Positions 9,053-19,159 of a DNA stretch of 64,000 bases are shown piece by piece. Each line of letters begins with the position of its first letter. The stretch's first letter is position 1. The notes below the pieces were generated by a model. That model ran no database searches. It had not been told where the DNA came from and worked only from the letters and a program-made list of their open reading frames with translations. The position numbers and the translations under genes are program-made. The stretch is from Planctomycetota bacterium (GTDB taxonomy: Bacteria; Planctomycetota; UBA1135; UBA2386), in the NCBI GenBank assembly GCA_965228735.1, contig OZ245838.1, positions 32,001-96,000 of the forward strand, written 5' to 3'.

Positions 9053-10786
9053 TCAGCGTTGGTCGAAGCGTGACATCAGCCAGCCGACGGTGACGACGGC
9101 GATCGCGCCGATCACGTTGTACCAGAGGAACTCGACCTTGATCGTGAAGTGCACGATGAGCACGCTCGTCATGCCGGCGATCAGGCCGATCGGGCCCGCG
9201 AGGCGGCCGGCGCGGGGCACGAAGAGCGCGAGTGCGAAGATGCCGAGCAGCGTGCCGTAGAAGAACGAGCCGACGCGGTTGATGAGCTCGATCACGCTGC
9301 CGCCGCCGCCGAAGAACGTGGCCATGAACGTCGCGACGACGCCCCAGAACAGCGTGACGATGCGGCCGGCCTTGAGCGCGTGACCTTCGCTGCAATTCGG
9401 ACGGATCCAGCGGCGGTAGTAGTCGACGATGGTTGCGGCGCTGAGGGCGTTGAGGACCGAGTCGATGCTCGACATCGCGGCGGCGAAGATCGCGGCGATC
9501 ACGAGACCGAGCACGAGCGGCGGCAGCTGGTCGAGGATGAACCGGCAGAAGATCTCGTTGCGGTCGCCGGACTTCTCGCCGGGTGGGGTGACGGCCTCGC
9601 GCGCCTGTTGGCGGATCGCGTCGACCTCGGCGATCGCGTCCTGGTAGGACTGCAGCAGCTCGGGGTTGCTGCGCGGACCGTCCGGCAGCGCCGCGACCTG
9701 CATCATGAGCTCGCGCCGCTCGGCGGTGGCGCGTTCGAACTCCGCTTCGATCGGCGCGACCACGGCGGCGACGGCCGGGTCCGCGAGCCGCTGCACGTGT
9801 TCGGTCTTGTAGAGCAGCGGCTGGCCGTTGACCGCGTAGAACAGCCACATCAGCACACCGATGAACAGGACGAACACCTGCATCGGCACCTTGGCGAATG
9901 CCGACAGCAGCAGGCTCTTCTTGCTCGCGCCCGCGTCCTTGCTCGTGAGCAGCCGCTGCGCCTGACTGTGGTCGCAACCGAAATAGGCGAGGTGCAGGAA
10001 CAGGCCGCCGAGCACGCCCGACCACAGATTGTACTTGTTCTCCCAGAAGCTCGGCTGACCCGCGCCTTCGGCGATCGCCGCGTGCGTCCGCGGCACGAGC
10101 TCGGTGCTTACCGGCACGACGTCGACGGCGTTCATCTTCCCGGCCGCCCCCGCGAGATCGAGCATCTGGCCGAACGTGAAGTGCTCGCCGAGATCGACGA
10201 GCAGCATGCCGAAGACGAACAGCAGCCCGCCGATGATGACCGTCATCTGCTTGACGTCGGTCCAGACGACGGCCGACACCCCGCCGACCATCGTGTAGAG
10301 CGTCGTCAGCGCGCCGATCACGAACGTCGCGGTCGTCGTGTCGATCCCGATCATCGCGCTGAGCGCGACCGACGGCGCGTAGATGACGACGCCGAGCGCG
10401 AGACAACGCGATGCGAGGAACACGAGGCCCGCGATCGCGCGCGTGAGCGGTGAGAAGCGTTCTTCGAGATACTCGTACGGCGTCAGGATCGCGCGGCTGC
10501 GGTAGAGCGGCACGAGGAAGATGCACAACAGGATCATCGCGAACGGCAGGCCGAAGTAGGCCTGCACGAACCCGAGGCCGCCCTCGTGGCCCTGGCCCGT
10601 CGTGCCGATCACCGTGATCGCGCTCGCCTGCGTCGCCATGATCGACAGGCCGGCGGCCCACCACGGGATCGAGCGGCCGCCCGCGTAGTAGCCCTCGAGG
10701 TCCTTGCTGTTCACCGACCGCCGCATGCCGTCCCAGACGACGTAGGCGATGAACAGCAGGAAGATGATCCAGTCGACGGTTCTCAT
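9053..10786 (-). CDS. Sodium:solute symporter family protein
   Basis: YYAGGRSIPWWAAGLSIMATQASA, TPYEYLEERF, GGVSAVVWTD, AAIFAAAMSS; many TM helices. Confidence 0.93.
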   Translation of the reverse strand: MRTVDWIIFLLFIAYVVWDGMRRSVNSKDLEGYYAGGRSIPWWAAGLSIMATQASAITVIGTTGQGHEGGLGFVQAYFGLPFAMILLCIFLVPLYRSRAILTPYEYLEERFSPLTRAIAGLVFLASRCLALGVVIYAPSVALSAMIGIDTTTATFVIGALTTLYTMVGGVSAVVWTDVKQMTVIIGGLLFVFGMLLVDLGEHFTFGQMLDLAGAAGKMNAVDVVPVSTELVPRTHAAIAEGAGQPSFWENKYNLWSGVLGGLFLHLAYFGCDHSQAQRLLTSKDAGASKKSLLLSAFAKVPMQVFVLFIGVLMWLFYAVNGQPLLYKTEHVQRLADPAVAAVVAPIEAEFERATAERRELMMQVAALPDGPRSNPELLQSYQDAIAEVDAIRQQAREAVTPPGEKSGDRNEIFCRFILDQLPPLVLGLVIAAIFAAAMSSIDSVLNALSAATIVDYYRRWIRPNCSEGHALKAGRIVTLFWGVVATFMATFFGGGGSVIELINRVGSFFYGTLLGIFALALFVPRAGRLAGPIGLIAGMTSVLIVHFTIKVEFLWYNVIGAIAVVTVGWLMSRFDQR

Positions 10787-10802
10787 CGCGCGTGGTCCGA
10801 CC

Positions 10803-10946
10803 TCACGGCATCCGGATGTTGAACGTGGTGGTCATGAGCCACAGCACGAGCATGACGAGCACCGCGAGAACGGCGACGAGGAGATAGAGTCGTGGCCAGC
10901 TGCCGAGCGGCGGGTGCGTCTCGGTCCCTCGGTGGTCGTGCGCCAT
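10803..10946 (-). CDS. Small single-TM protein preceding the SSS transporter
   Basis: MAHDHRGTETHPPLGSWPRLYLLVAVLAVLVMLVLWLMTTTFNIRMP; typical SSS-associated small membrane ORF. Confidence 0.7.
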   Translation of the reverse strand: MAHDHRGTETHPPLGSWPRLYLLVAVLAVLVMLVLWLMTTTFNIRMP

Positions 10947-11064
10947 GCGGTGTCCAGGGGAGCAGACGCCCTGTTGCCGGTCCAGCGTCTTGCCGCGGGG
11001 TTGTGGGCGCTGCGACAGCGCGGTGGAAGTGTCGGCGACCGGGTCTATGCTGCGGGGCCACCCG

Positions 11065-13290
11065 ATGGCCGACCCGATCTTCGAGGATCTCAACGAACAG
11101 CAGGCCCAGGCCGTCGCGCACGGCAGCGGTCCGCTCATGGTGCTCGCCGGCGCCGGATCGGGGAAAACGCGCGTGGTGACGCGACGCATCGCGCGGCTGC
11201 TGCGCGACGGCACGCCGAGCGGCGCCGTGCTTGCGATGACGTTCACCAACAAGGCGGCGGGCGAGATGGCGCACCGCGTGCAGCAGCTCGGCGGCGGCTA
11301 CGTGCGGGTCGCGACGTTCCACTCCGCCTGCGCGCGCTTCCTGCGCCGCGACGGCAGTCGCCTCGGGTATCCGGCGGACTACTCGATCTACGACACACAG
11401 GATCGTGACACGCTGATCAAGGAACTGATGCAGGACAACGGCATCAGCACGACGTCGATCCGGCCCGCGGCCGTCGGCAACATGATCAGCAAGCTGAAGA
11501 ACGCGGCGCTGACTCCCGACGAGACGATCCTCGGCGACGACGATCTCGGGCGCGCGACGCAGCGGCTCTGGTCGCTCTACCACGAGCGGATGAAGGACCA
11601 GGGCGCGATGGACTTCGACGACCTGCTGCTGCTGTTCCTCAAGATCCTGCGCGAGTTCCCCGACGTCGCGGAGCAGTACCAGGCGCGCTTCCGCTGGGTG
11701 CTCGTCGACGAGTTCCAGGACACCAACCGGGTGCAGTACGACCTGCTCAAGCTGCTGTGTCCGGCCGATGGCCCGGGCGGCCCGGGCAACCTCTGCGTCG
11801 TCGGCGACCCGGACCAGTCGATCTACTCGTTCCGCGGTGCCGAGGTGCGCAACATCCTCGACTTCGAGCGCGATTACGACCCGTGCACGGTGGTCCGCCT
11901 CGAGCAGAACTACCGCAGCACCGCGACGATCCTCCGCGCGGCGGAGAACGTCATCAGTAACAACGAGCAGCGCCTCGACAAGCGGCTGCGCACCGACAAC
12001 CCGGCCGGCGATCAGCTCCGGCGCTTCCGGGCGGCGACGGCGACGGAGGAATCGGCCGCGGTCATCGACCGCATCATTGAGCTGCGCGACGAGGGCGTGG
12101 AGCTCGACCAGATCGCCATCTTCTACCGCGCGCACTGGCTGTCGCGCACGCTCGAGCAGGCGCTCAAGACCGCGGGCGTGCCGTACACGATCGTCGGCGG
12201 CCAGACGTTCTTCGAACGGCGTGAGATCAAGGACCTGCTCGCGTATCTGCGCGTCCTCGTCAACCCGCTCGACGACGTGAGCATGGGGCGCATCATCAAC
12301 GTGCCGCCGCGCGGCATCGGGAAGACGTCGCTCGAGAAGCTCCGCCAGGCGGCGTTCCGCGAGGGGATGTCACTGCGTGAGGTGGTGGGGGAGCCGGAGC
12401 TGCACCAGGGGCTCGCGGCCAAGGGCAGGAAGGGGTTGCGCGAGCTCGCCGACACGCTCGAGCGCGCGAAGGCCGCAGCGGCGCACGGCGTGCACGCGGC
12501 GCTCGAGGTGATCCTCAAGGGCACCGAGTACGTCAAGCACGCGACGGGGTACGGCGACGCCGAGGACAGCACGCGCGAGGACAACATCAAGGAGCTCATC
12601 AGCGACGCGATCCAGTACGACGACGAGGCCGACGACGAGATCGAGGATCCGTTCGCCGACCCCGATGACGTGGCCGAAGCGCGCCCCGCTGGCGTCGCCG
12701 GCTACCTGCAGCACGTGGCGTTGCTCACATCGGCCGACTCCGAGGAGCAGGGGCCGCGCGTGCAGCTCATGACCGTGCACGCGGCCAAGGGACTCGAGTT
12801 CGACCACGTCGTCATCGCGGGGCTCGAAGAAGGCGTGTTCCCGAGCTTCCGCAGCATCGAGGACCCCGACGGTCTCGAGGAGGAGCGGCGACTGTGCTAC
12901 GTCGCGCTGACCCGGGCACGGCAGAGCTCGATGCTGACGCACGCGCGCGAACGGATGGTTGCGGGCAGCATGGAGTCGATGCGGGCGTCGCGGTTCTTCA
13001 AGGAGCTGCCCAAGGACGCGATCGTCGACTACGCGCCGACTTGGCGACGCTACGAGGTCGACGACGACATCGATCACGACAGCGGCTGGACCGTGACCGT
13101 GGATCCCGAGGTGCTCGCCAACATCCGCGTCGGTGTGCGGGTGCGTCATCAGGAATACGGCAACGGCGAGGTGCGGCGCATCGCCGGTCGCGGGATCTCG
13201 GCGCGCGCGGTCGTGCGCTTCGACGACGGTCGTGAGCGCGAGTTCGTGCTGGAGTACGCGGGGCTCGACCTGCTCGAGGACCACTATTGA
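11065..13290 (+). CDS. pcrA: ATP-dependent DNA helicase UvrD/PcrA
   Basis: LAGAGSGKT, TFTNKAA, LVDEFQDTN, VGDPDQSIYSFRGA, LEQNYRS, TVHAAKGLEF, EEERRLCYVALTRA; C-terminal Tudor-like tail. Confidence 0.93.
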   Translation: MADPIFEDLNEQQAQAVAHGSGPLMVLAGAGSGKTRVVTRRIARLLRDGTPSGAVLAMTFTNKAAGEMAHRVQQLGGGYVRVATFHSACARFLRRDGSRLGYPADYSIYDTQDRDTLIKELMQDNGISTTSIRPAAVGNMISKLKNAALTPDETILGDDDLGRATQRLWSLYHERMKDQGAMDFDDLLLLFLKILREFPDVAEQYQARFRWVLVDEFQDTNRVQYDLLKLLCPADGPGGPGNLCVVGDPDQSIYSFRGAEVRNILDFERDYDPCTVVRLEQNYRSTATILRAAENVISNNEQRLDKRLRTDNPAGDQLRRFRAATATEESAAVIDRIIELRDEGVELDQIAIFYRAHWLSRTLEQALKTAGVPYTIVGGQTFFERREIKDLLAYLRVLVNPLDDVSMGRIINVPPRGIGKTSLEKLRQAAFREGMSLREVVGEPELHQGLAAKGRKGLRELADTLERAKAAAAHGVHAALEVILKGTEYVKHATGYGDAEDSTREDNIKELISDAIQYDDEADDEIEDPFADPDDVAEARPAGVAGYLQHVALLTSADSEEQGPRVQLMTVHAAKGLEFDHVVIAGLEEGVFPSFRSIEDPDGLEEERRLCYVALTRARQSSMLTHARERMVAGSMESMRASRFFKELPKDAIVDYAPTWRRYEVDDDIDHDSGWTVTVDPEVLANIRVGVRVRHQEYGNGEVRRIAGRGISARAVVRFDDGREREFVLEYAGLDLLEDHY

Positions 13291-14213
13291 GCGCCCGGGA
13301 CGAAATCCTCGCGGCGCTGCGCGCGGTCGTCGAGCGGGCGGCCGCCGAGGCGCCGGAGCTGCTGCCGGACCTGCCGGCCGAGCTCGCCGCGCTGCTGCAA
13401 CCGGAGCGGTCGCCGTTGCCCGCCACCGATGGCGCGGACGACGAGGGCGACGAGGACGCGGATTGGCACGGGCTGACCGGGACGTCCGAGCCGATGCTCG
13501 CGCTGCGGCAGATCGTCGGCAAGTTCGCGCCCGCGAACGCACCCGTCCTGATCACGGGCGAGAGCGGTACGGGCAAGGAACGGGTCGCGCAGGCGCTGCA
13601 CGAGCTCAGCAAGCGCAACAAGCAGGCGCTCGTCGCCGAGAACTGCGCGGCGATTCCGGACACGTTGCTCGAGTCGGTGCTCTTCGGCCACAAGAAGGGC
13701 GCGTTCACGGGCGCGATCGCGGACCACCCCGGGCACTTCGTTGCCGCCGACAAGGGCTCGCTCTTCCTCGACGAGATCGGCGAGATGCCGCTGCCATTGC
13801 AGGCCAAGCTGCTGCGCGCGTTGCAGGAGGGCGAGGTCCGGCCCGTCGGTGGCACCAAGGTCAGGAAGGTCGACGTGCGCGTCATCGCCGCGACCAATCA
13901 GGCTCTCGAAGCTCGGGTCAAGGCCGGGGCGTTCCGCGAGGACCTGTTCTTCCGCCTCAACGTCCTGCGCATCGAGATGCCGCCGCTGCGCTCGCGCGGG
14001 CAGGACATCGCGCAGCTCGCGCGTCGCTTCCTCACGGATGCGGCCAGGAAGGCGGGGCGGGAACTTCGCCTCGGCGACGGTGCCGTCGAGGCGCTGCTCG
14101 CGGCGAAGTGGCCCGGCAACGTGCGCCAGCTGCAGAACGAGATGCAGCGGGTCGCGGCGCTCGCGGACGGCGACGAGGTCACGGTGGCCGATCTGTCCGC
14201 GAACGTGCGCTGA
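13287..14213 (+). CDS. Sigma-54-dependent AAA+ activator lacking both a recognisable input domain and the C-terminal HTH
   Basis: GESGTGKE, ESVLFGHKKGAFTGA, LFLDEIGE, FREDLFFRLNV, WPGNVRQL; ends VADLSANVR*. Confidence 0.88.
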   Translation: MSARDEILAALRAVVERAAAEAPELLPDLPAELAALLQPERSPLPATDGADDEGDEDADWHGLTGTSEPMLALRQIVGKFAPANAPVLITGESGTGKERVAQALHELSKRNKQALVAENCAAIPDTLLESVLFGHKKGAFTGAIADHPGHFVAADKGSLFLDEIGEMPLPLQAKLLRALQEGEVRPVGGTKVRKVDVRVIAATNQALEARVKAGAFREDLFFRLNVLRIEMPPLRSRGQDIAQLARRFLTDAARKAGRELRLGDGAVEALLAAKWPGNVRQLQNEMQRVAALADGDEVTVADLSANVR

Positions 14214-14340
14214 CGCGCTGCGGCTCGTCCGTCGGCCGGCCGTCCGTCGACCGGCAGGCCGTGTTCGAGCGCGGCCCCCCGTGATGGCGATGCGTTTTTT
14301 TGGTATCGATAGCGCCGGGCCCGACCCCGACCCCACGCCA

Positions 14341-15564
14341 ATGCACCGACCCCGCACGCTCGCTCTCGCTGCCGCCGCCGTTCTGTTCGGTCTCGCGGCG
14401 CCGCTGCCGGCCCAGAAGAAGGGCACGACCAAGGACGACGAGGACGTCCTCAAGATCGAGAAGGAGTGCCCGTACACCAAGAACGACCCCGACGCGATGA
14501 AGGCGGCCGGGATCGAGAGCTACGGGCCGTTCCCGTGGGCGGATCACTACACCTCGACGGACATCGAGACGGTGCTCGGCAAGGGCCGGTTCCTCTGGAT
14601 CGAGACCGCGCACTTCCGCATCGGCTACAGCATGAAGACGCGGCCGTGGCCCGCGGACAACGAGAAGCGCCGCTTCCACAAGGACGAGATCAAGGAGCTG
14701 CGCAAGAAGCTGCCGAAGTTCCCGTCGCGGCCGAAGAAGTTCACGCCGTGGGTGAACCTGCACCTGTACGCGCACCGGCTCGAGAAGCTCTACGCCGATG
14801 TGCAGGACGTCCTCGGGGTCACGGACGCCGACTTCGGCGACGCGCCGCCGACCAACGGCAAGTACCTCGGCCTCGGTGACAAATACCTCGTCCTGATCTT
14901 CGAGAAGAAGTCGGACCTGCAGCGCTACTTCCGCCGCTTCTGCAACGCGGAGGCCGACATCTCGATGCGCTGGTATCACACCAAGACCCATCAGATGGTC
15001 GCGGCATGTGCGGCCGAAGGGCTCGAGGGGTTCGACGTCACGGCGATCCACTCGCACATGATCTACTCGACGGCGCACAACCTGCTCTGCGGCTACAAGG
15101 GCTTCCACCTCAGCCTGCCGTTGTGGCTCGGCGAAGGTCTCGCGCACTCGTTCACGACCGACATCCCGAGCGACGTGGCGAACGTGAATCTGCTCGACAG
15201 CGAACCCAACCCCGACCTCAAGATCGGCGCGTGGCCGATCAAGGTGCGGAAGCGGGCGCGGCACGAGGGCGTGTGCTTCCCGTTCGACGAGATGGGCAAG
15301 TGGCAGGACTTCGAAGCCATGGGCTACCAACACCACGCCCAGGCCTGGTCGCGCGTCGACTACCTGCTGAAGACCGACAAGCAGAAGCTCGCGTTCCTCG
15401 TGAAGCGCATCAAGGAGATCCCGCCCGTGCCGAACGCGGCGGTGCCCGCGGAGCGCATCGATCAGGTGACGAGGAAGCTCCTGCTCGAGCTATTCGAGCT
15501 CGATGCGGCGACGTTCGACGCCAGATGGCGCGAGTGGGTGCTCGACACCTATCCGAAGAAGTAG
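14341..15564 (+). CDS. Secreted hypothetical protein (degenerate gluzincin/peptidase MA-like)
   Basis: Signal MHRPRTLALAAAAVLFGLAAPLPAQ; PLWLGEGLAH motif; YQHHAQAWSRVDYL. Confidence 0.8.
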   Translation: MHRPRTLALAAAAVLFGLAAPLPAQKKGTTKDDEDVLKIEKECPYTKNDPDAMKAAGIESYGPFPWADHYTSTDIETVLGKGRFLWIETAHFRIGYSMKTRPWPADNEKRRFHKDEIKELRKKLPKFPSRPKKFTPWVNLHLYAHRLEKLYADVQDVLGVTDADFGDAPPTNGKYLGLGDKYLVLIFEKKSDLQRYFRRFCNAEADISMRWYHTKTHQMVAACAAEGLEGFDVTAIHSHMIYSTAHNLLCGYKGFHLSLPLWLGEGLAHSFTTDIPSDVANVNLLDSEPNPDLKIGAWPIKVRKRARHEGVCFPFDEMGKWQDFEAMGYQHHAQAWSRVDYLLKTDKQKLAFLVKRIKEIPPVPNAAVPAERIDQVTRKLLLELFELDAATFDARWREWVLDTYPKK

Positions 15565-15756
15565 TCAGAAGCCGTTTGCCGCCGGTGGCTTGGGGTCGTC
15601 CGCGCCGCGAGAGGCAGGGCGATCGGGTAACACGCCCGACCCTGTCGACCACGGGCTCGGTTCAGGCTAGGATCCGGCAGGCCGATACTCCTGCCCATCG
15701 GTTCGACGACTGCCTCGACCGACCTTCCGGTCCGGGGCCCACGAAAGGCACCAATC

Positions 15757-16785
15757 ATGCATAAGCTGATCGTTCCCGTTCTCGTTGCGGCCATGGGGAT
15801 CGCCCTCGCGCGCCCCGCCGCCCCGCAATGATGAGGTGGTCCTCCGGCGCCCAGTTGGTCGCCAGGTGATGGAATGGGTGGCGGTGCCGGTCCTGCCGGT
15901 GGCGCTGGCGGAATGGGTGGTGGTGCCGGTGGCCCGCGCGGCGGAGCCCCTGGTGCGCCGACGCCCGGGGGTCGCGGTGGCGGGATCGCCCTCGACTTCA
16001 CCCGCAAGAAGACGGCCAAGAAGCTGCTGAAGATCGACTGGCAGCATCCGGTGTGGAAGCCGGAGGAGTCGACGACGCAGGACGGCAAGACGCAAGGCAC
16101 GATGGCGCGTCGCGCGCTGCCGATCGAGGAGGCCTACGAGGTCATCGTCGAGGGCGACAAGCGGCCGCTGCTCGTCATGCGCGAGTGTCTGCGCTGCAAG
16201 GGCACGGACCACGCGCTGCTGAGTCGGACCATGGACAACGAGCAGACCGTTCTGCTCACGCACTGGTTCCACTGCGTCAAGCTGCCGCCGAACATCCTCG
16301 AGAAGGATCACCCGCTGACGAACCTGTTCAAGAAGGAGAGCCCGACGGACAAGTTGCCGCACCTCTTCTTCGTGGACCCCGACGGCACGCACAAGACGCC
16401 GCTGCCGGGTGACCAGTCGCAGCGCGCCCTCTGGGGGACGATGTTCGAGTACCTCGATCGCTGCTACGAGGGCAACGCCAAGCGTTCGCTCAAGGACCTG
16501 CGCAAGCTGCTCGACCAGTACGACCGGCTCGACGGACTCGAGCAGGACGTGCTGAAGCAGCGCGAGCGCGAGATCGAGAAGAAGGGGCTGAAGTCGAACA
16601 AGCTCCGCAAGTACGAGAAGAAGCTCGAGAAGCTCGCGAAGGAACGTGAGAAGCTGCAGGCCGCGGAGAAGAAGCTCCGCGACCTGGCGCTCAAGGACCT
16701 CGCCGAAGGCCGCGACGATGCGGCTCCGGACGGCAAGAAGGAGCTCGTCGGCGCTGGCGTCGGCACGGACGGCGACAGCAAGTAG
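15757..16785 (+). CDS. Candidate secreted selenoprotein: signal peptide, Q-U-U-G-G, Gly/Pro linker, thioredoxin-like CxxC domain, coiled coil
   Basis: GAAAGG RBS then ATG 15757 (MHKLIVPVLVAAMGIALARPAAPQ); TGA 15829-31 and TGA 15832-34 in frame with the 15874 ORF; MRECLRCKG and LPHLFFVDPDG. Confidence 0.7.
15841..15866 (+). promoter_or_regulatory. Putative bacterial SECIS hairpin
   Basis: CCT-CC-GGCG-C-CC[AGTT]GG-T-CGCC-AGG; apical loop containing GU begins 18 nt after the second TGA. Confidence 0.5.
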
Positions 16786-16809
16786 CCGTTCGGTTTCCGT
16801 TCCGCGTTG

Positions 16810-16835
16810 CCGGCCGCGCCCTCGGGTGCGGCCGG
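16810..16835 (+). terminator. Stem-loop after the UU gene
   Basis: CCGGCCGCGCCC-TC-GGGTGCGGCCGG. Confidence 0.45.
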
Positions 16836-16906
16836 TTGCACGTCCGGTCGGTGTTGCGTGGGGTGGGGTGCGGCAATCGTCGCCGCGCGAGATAGGTTGG
16901 CAGCCC

Positions 16907-17281
16907 ATGAACGCCGCCATCCTGCTCGCGATCGCTCTGGCCGGGGCGGTCGGTGCCGTCAGCCGCTTCGTCCTCGGCGACCTCGTGCGCTCGTTCGCGG
17001 GCGATTTCCCGCTGCACGTGCTCGTGGTGAACGTGCTCGGCTGCCTGGGTTTCGGCCTCTGCTACGGGCTCGGGTCGGACCGTTGGTCGGACGTCATGCG
17101 CGCGGCGGTCTTCGTCGGCTTCTTCGGCTCGTTCACGACGTTCTCGACGTTCGCGTTCGACTGCCGCACGTTGTTCGACGAGGGGCGCCTGCTCGCGTTG
17201 GGGCTCAACCTGCTCGGGCACAACGCCCTCGGCCTCCTGGCGATCGTCGCGGGGGTCCGGCTGGCGAGCATGTTCCGGTGA
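16907..17281 (+). CDS. crcB: Fluoride channel CrcB/Fluc
   Basis: GAVGAVSRF, VNVLGC, VGFFGSFTTFSTF. Confidence 0.92.
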   Translation: MNAAILLAIALAGAVGAVSRFVLGDLVRSFAGDFPLHVLVVNVLGCLGFGLCYGLGSDRWSDVMRAAVFVGFFGSFTTFSTFAFDCRTLFDEGRLLALGLNLLGHNALGLLAIVAGVRLASMFR

Positions 17282-17368
17282 TGGCGGGCGCCGGGCGCGC
17301 GCAGTGCGCACGGTACGCAGCGTGAATCCTGCGCAACCCGCGAGTGAGCGCGTATCATCGGCCGGTCC

Positions 17369-19120
17369 ATGCGACGACTCCCGCTCCTGCTGTTCGCCCT
17401 GCTGCTGATCGCGGCGTTGGCGTTCGGCGTGAGCGCGATGTTCGGCACCGGCGCGCGCGAAGCGGCGCCGAGCGGCGCGGCGGCGCAGGGTGGCGGCGAC
17501 GGCGACGAAATCCCGAAGACGCCGTCGCCGCATCCGCAGGGCCACGTCTATGCGGGGGTGACGGAGGAGCCCGGCGACGTCAACCCGTTCACCGCGCACT
17601 CCACCGTCGCCCAGTTCATGGTCCTCGCGTACACGCACGAGGGGTTGGTCGATACGGATCCGCGGACCGGCCAGTTGCGCGGCGCCCTCGCGTCGGCGTG
17701 GCAGGCTGCGCCGGACGGCATGTCGTGCACGTTCACGCTGCGCTCCGGCGTGCGCTTCAGCGACGGCAGCCCCGTCACGATGGCCGACGTCTTGTTCGGC
17801 TGGGAGCTCGCGCAGGGCGGCGGCTTCGAGATGGGTTTCGTCCACGACGCGTTCTCGCGCGTGGCGAACGCGGCGGTCGTGGGCGAACGCCAGCTGCGCG
17901 TCCGGTTCCGCGAGTGCCACTACGCCTCGGTGCGCGCGGTCGGCGAGTCCTGGCTCGTCGGCCAGCGATCGTTCTTCGTCGATCGGGTGCGGGCGCTCGC
18001 GACGCAGCTCGGCCAACCCGTGCCGACGCCCGGCACGGTGGAGTTCGGGGTGTTGCTCGCCCAGCTCGATCGCGTGACCGGTCCGGGCACGGGGCCGATG
18101 CAGCTGCCGAGCGATCCGGATCCGGCGATCGACGACTCCCCCGGTTGGCGCCAGCGGCAGGATCTGACTCTGAGCGTCAACCCGTTCCATTGGCGCCGCC
18201 TCGCCGAGCCGGGCTGCTGGAACCTTGCCGGCGTGCGGTTGCTGTTCCGGCAAGGGGCCGCGGTGCCCAACGCGTTGTTCGAGGGTGAAGTCGACTGGCT
18301 CGGGGCCTGGACCGCCGATCAGTTCCTCGCGACCAACGCCGAGCTCGCGGAGCGCTACCGCTACCTCGTCTACGACTACGAGTCGCTCGGTGTGATCGGG
18401 ATCGCGTGGAACTGCGATCAGCCGGCGCTCGCGGATCCGCGGGTGCGGCGGGCGCTGACGATGCTCATCGATCGCGGGGCGATCGTGGAGCGGTTCGGGT
18501 CAGCGGTCGTTCCGGCAGTGGCGTTCCAGAAGCCGGACAACCCGGGCTATCCCGACCTGCAGCCGATCGCGTACGACCCAGGCGCGGCGCGGCGGCTGCT
18601 GCGCGAGGCCGGTTTCGATCCCGCGGCGGGCAAGCCGCTGAAGTTGTCGCTGCTCGCGCCACGCGACGGCGGGCCGATGGATCTCGCGGTGAACAACCTG
18701 CAGGACGAGGCGCGCCAGGCCGGCATCGAGCTGACGGTCGAGACCCTGGCCTCGTTCGCCGCCTACGTGGCGCGCAAGAACGAGCGCCAATGGGGCGGGC
18801 TCGTCGTCAACCGGCGGTTTCGCCCGTGGGACGACCCGTTCGATTTCGTCCACGAGAACGGCATCGACAACGACGGCCATTGGCAGAGCGCCGAGGCCAG
18901 TCGGCTGGCCGCCGCAGCGCGACAGGCCCTCGATCCGGATCAGCGTGCGCGACTGTGGCGTCAGCTGCACGAGCTCGTGTACGGCCAGCAGCCGTTCACG
19001 TTCCTCGTGCATCCGCGCGCCTGCATCCTCTTCAACAAGCACGTGCAGCAGGCCGACATCGGCCCGCGCGGGCTGTGGCCCGAGCGCTGGTGGGTGCCGG
19101 CGGAGCATCAGCGCAAGTAG
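17369..19120 (+). CDS. ABC transporter substrate-binding protein, family 5 (orphan)
   Basis: TFTLRSGVRFSDGSPVTMADV, DPRVRRALTMLIDR, YDPGAARRLLREAG. Confidence 0.88.
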   Translation: MRRLPLLLFALLLIAALAFGVSAMFGTGAREAAPSGAAAQGGGDGDEIPKTPSPHPQGHVYAGVTEEPGDVNPFTAHSTVAQFMVLAYTHEGLVDTDPRTGQLRGALASAWQAAPDGMSCTFTLRSGVRFSDGSPVTMADVLFGWELAQGGGFEMGFVHDAFSRVANAAVVGERQLRVRFRECHYASVRAVGESWLVGQRSFFVDRVRALATQLGQPVPTPGTVEFGVLLAQLDRVTGPGTGPMQLPSDPDPAIDDSPGWRQRQDLTLSVNPFHWRRLAEPGCWNLAGVRLLFRQGAAVPNALFEGEVDWLGAWTADQFLATNAELAERYRYLVYDYESLGVIGIAWNCDQPALADPRVRRALTMLIDRGAIVERFGSAVVPAVAFQKPDNPGYPDLQPIAYDPGAARRLLREAGFDPAAGKPLKLSLLAPRDGGPMDLAVNNLQDEARQAGIELTVETLASFAAYVARKNERQWGGLVVNRRFRPWDDPFDFVHENGIDNDGHWQSAEASRLAAAARQALDPDQRARLWRQLHELVYGQQPFTFLVHPRACILFNKHVQQADIGPRGLWPERWWVPAEHQRK

Positions 19121-19159
19121 ACGCTGGCGTCACACCAGCACCGGCTGCGCGATGACGCG

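Noticed and set aside
15829..15834. Genome-wide UGA reassignment (code 4/25)
   Set aside because: Conserved genes (metX, metB, pcrA, gltX, fumC) end at TGA at the expected positions, often in ATGA overlaps
16786..16906. Fluoride riboswitch upstream of crcB
   Set aside because: No GGCGATGG...CGCC / AATGAC-type consensus found
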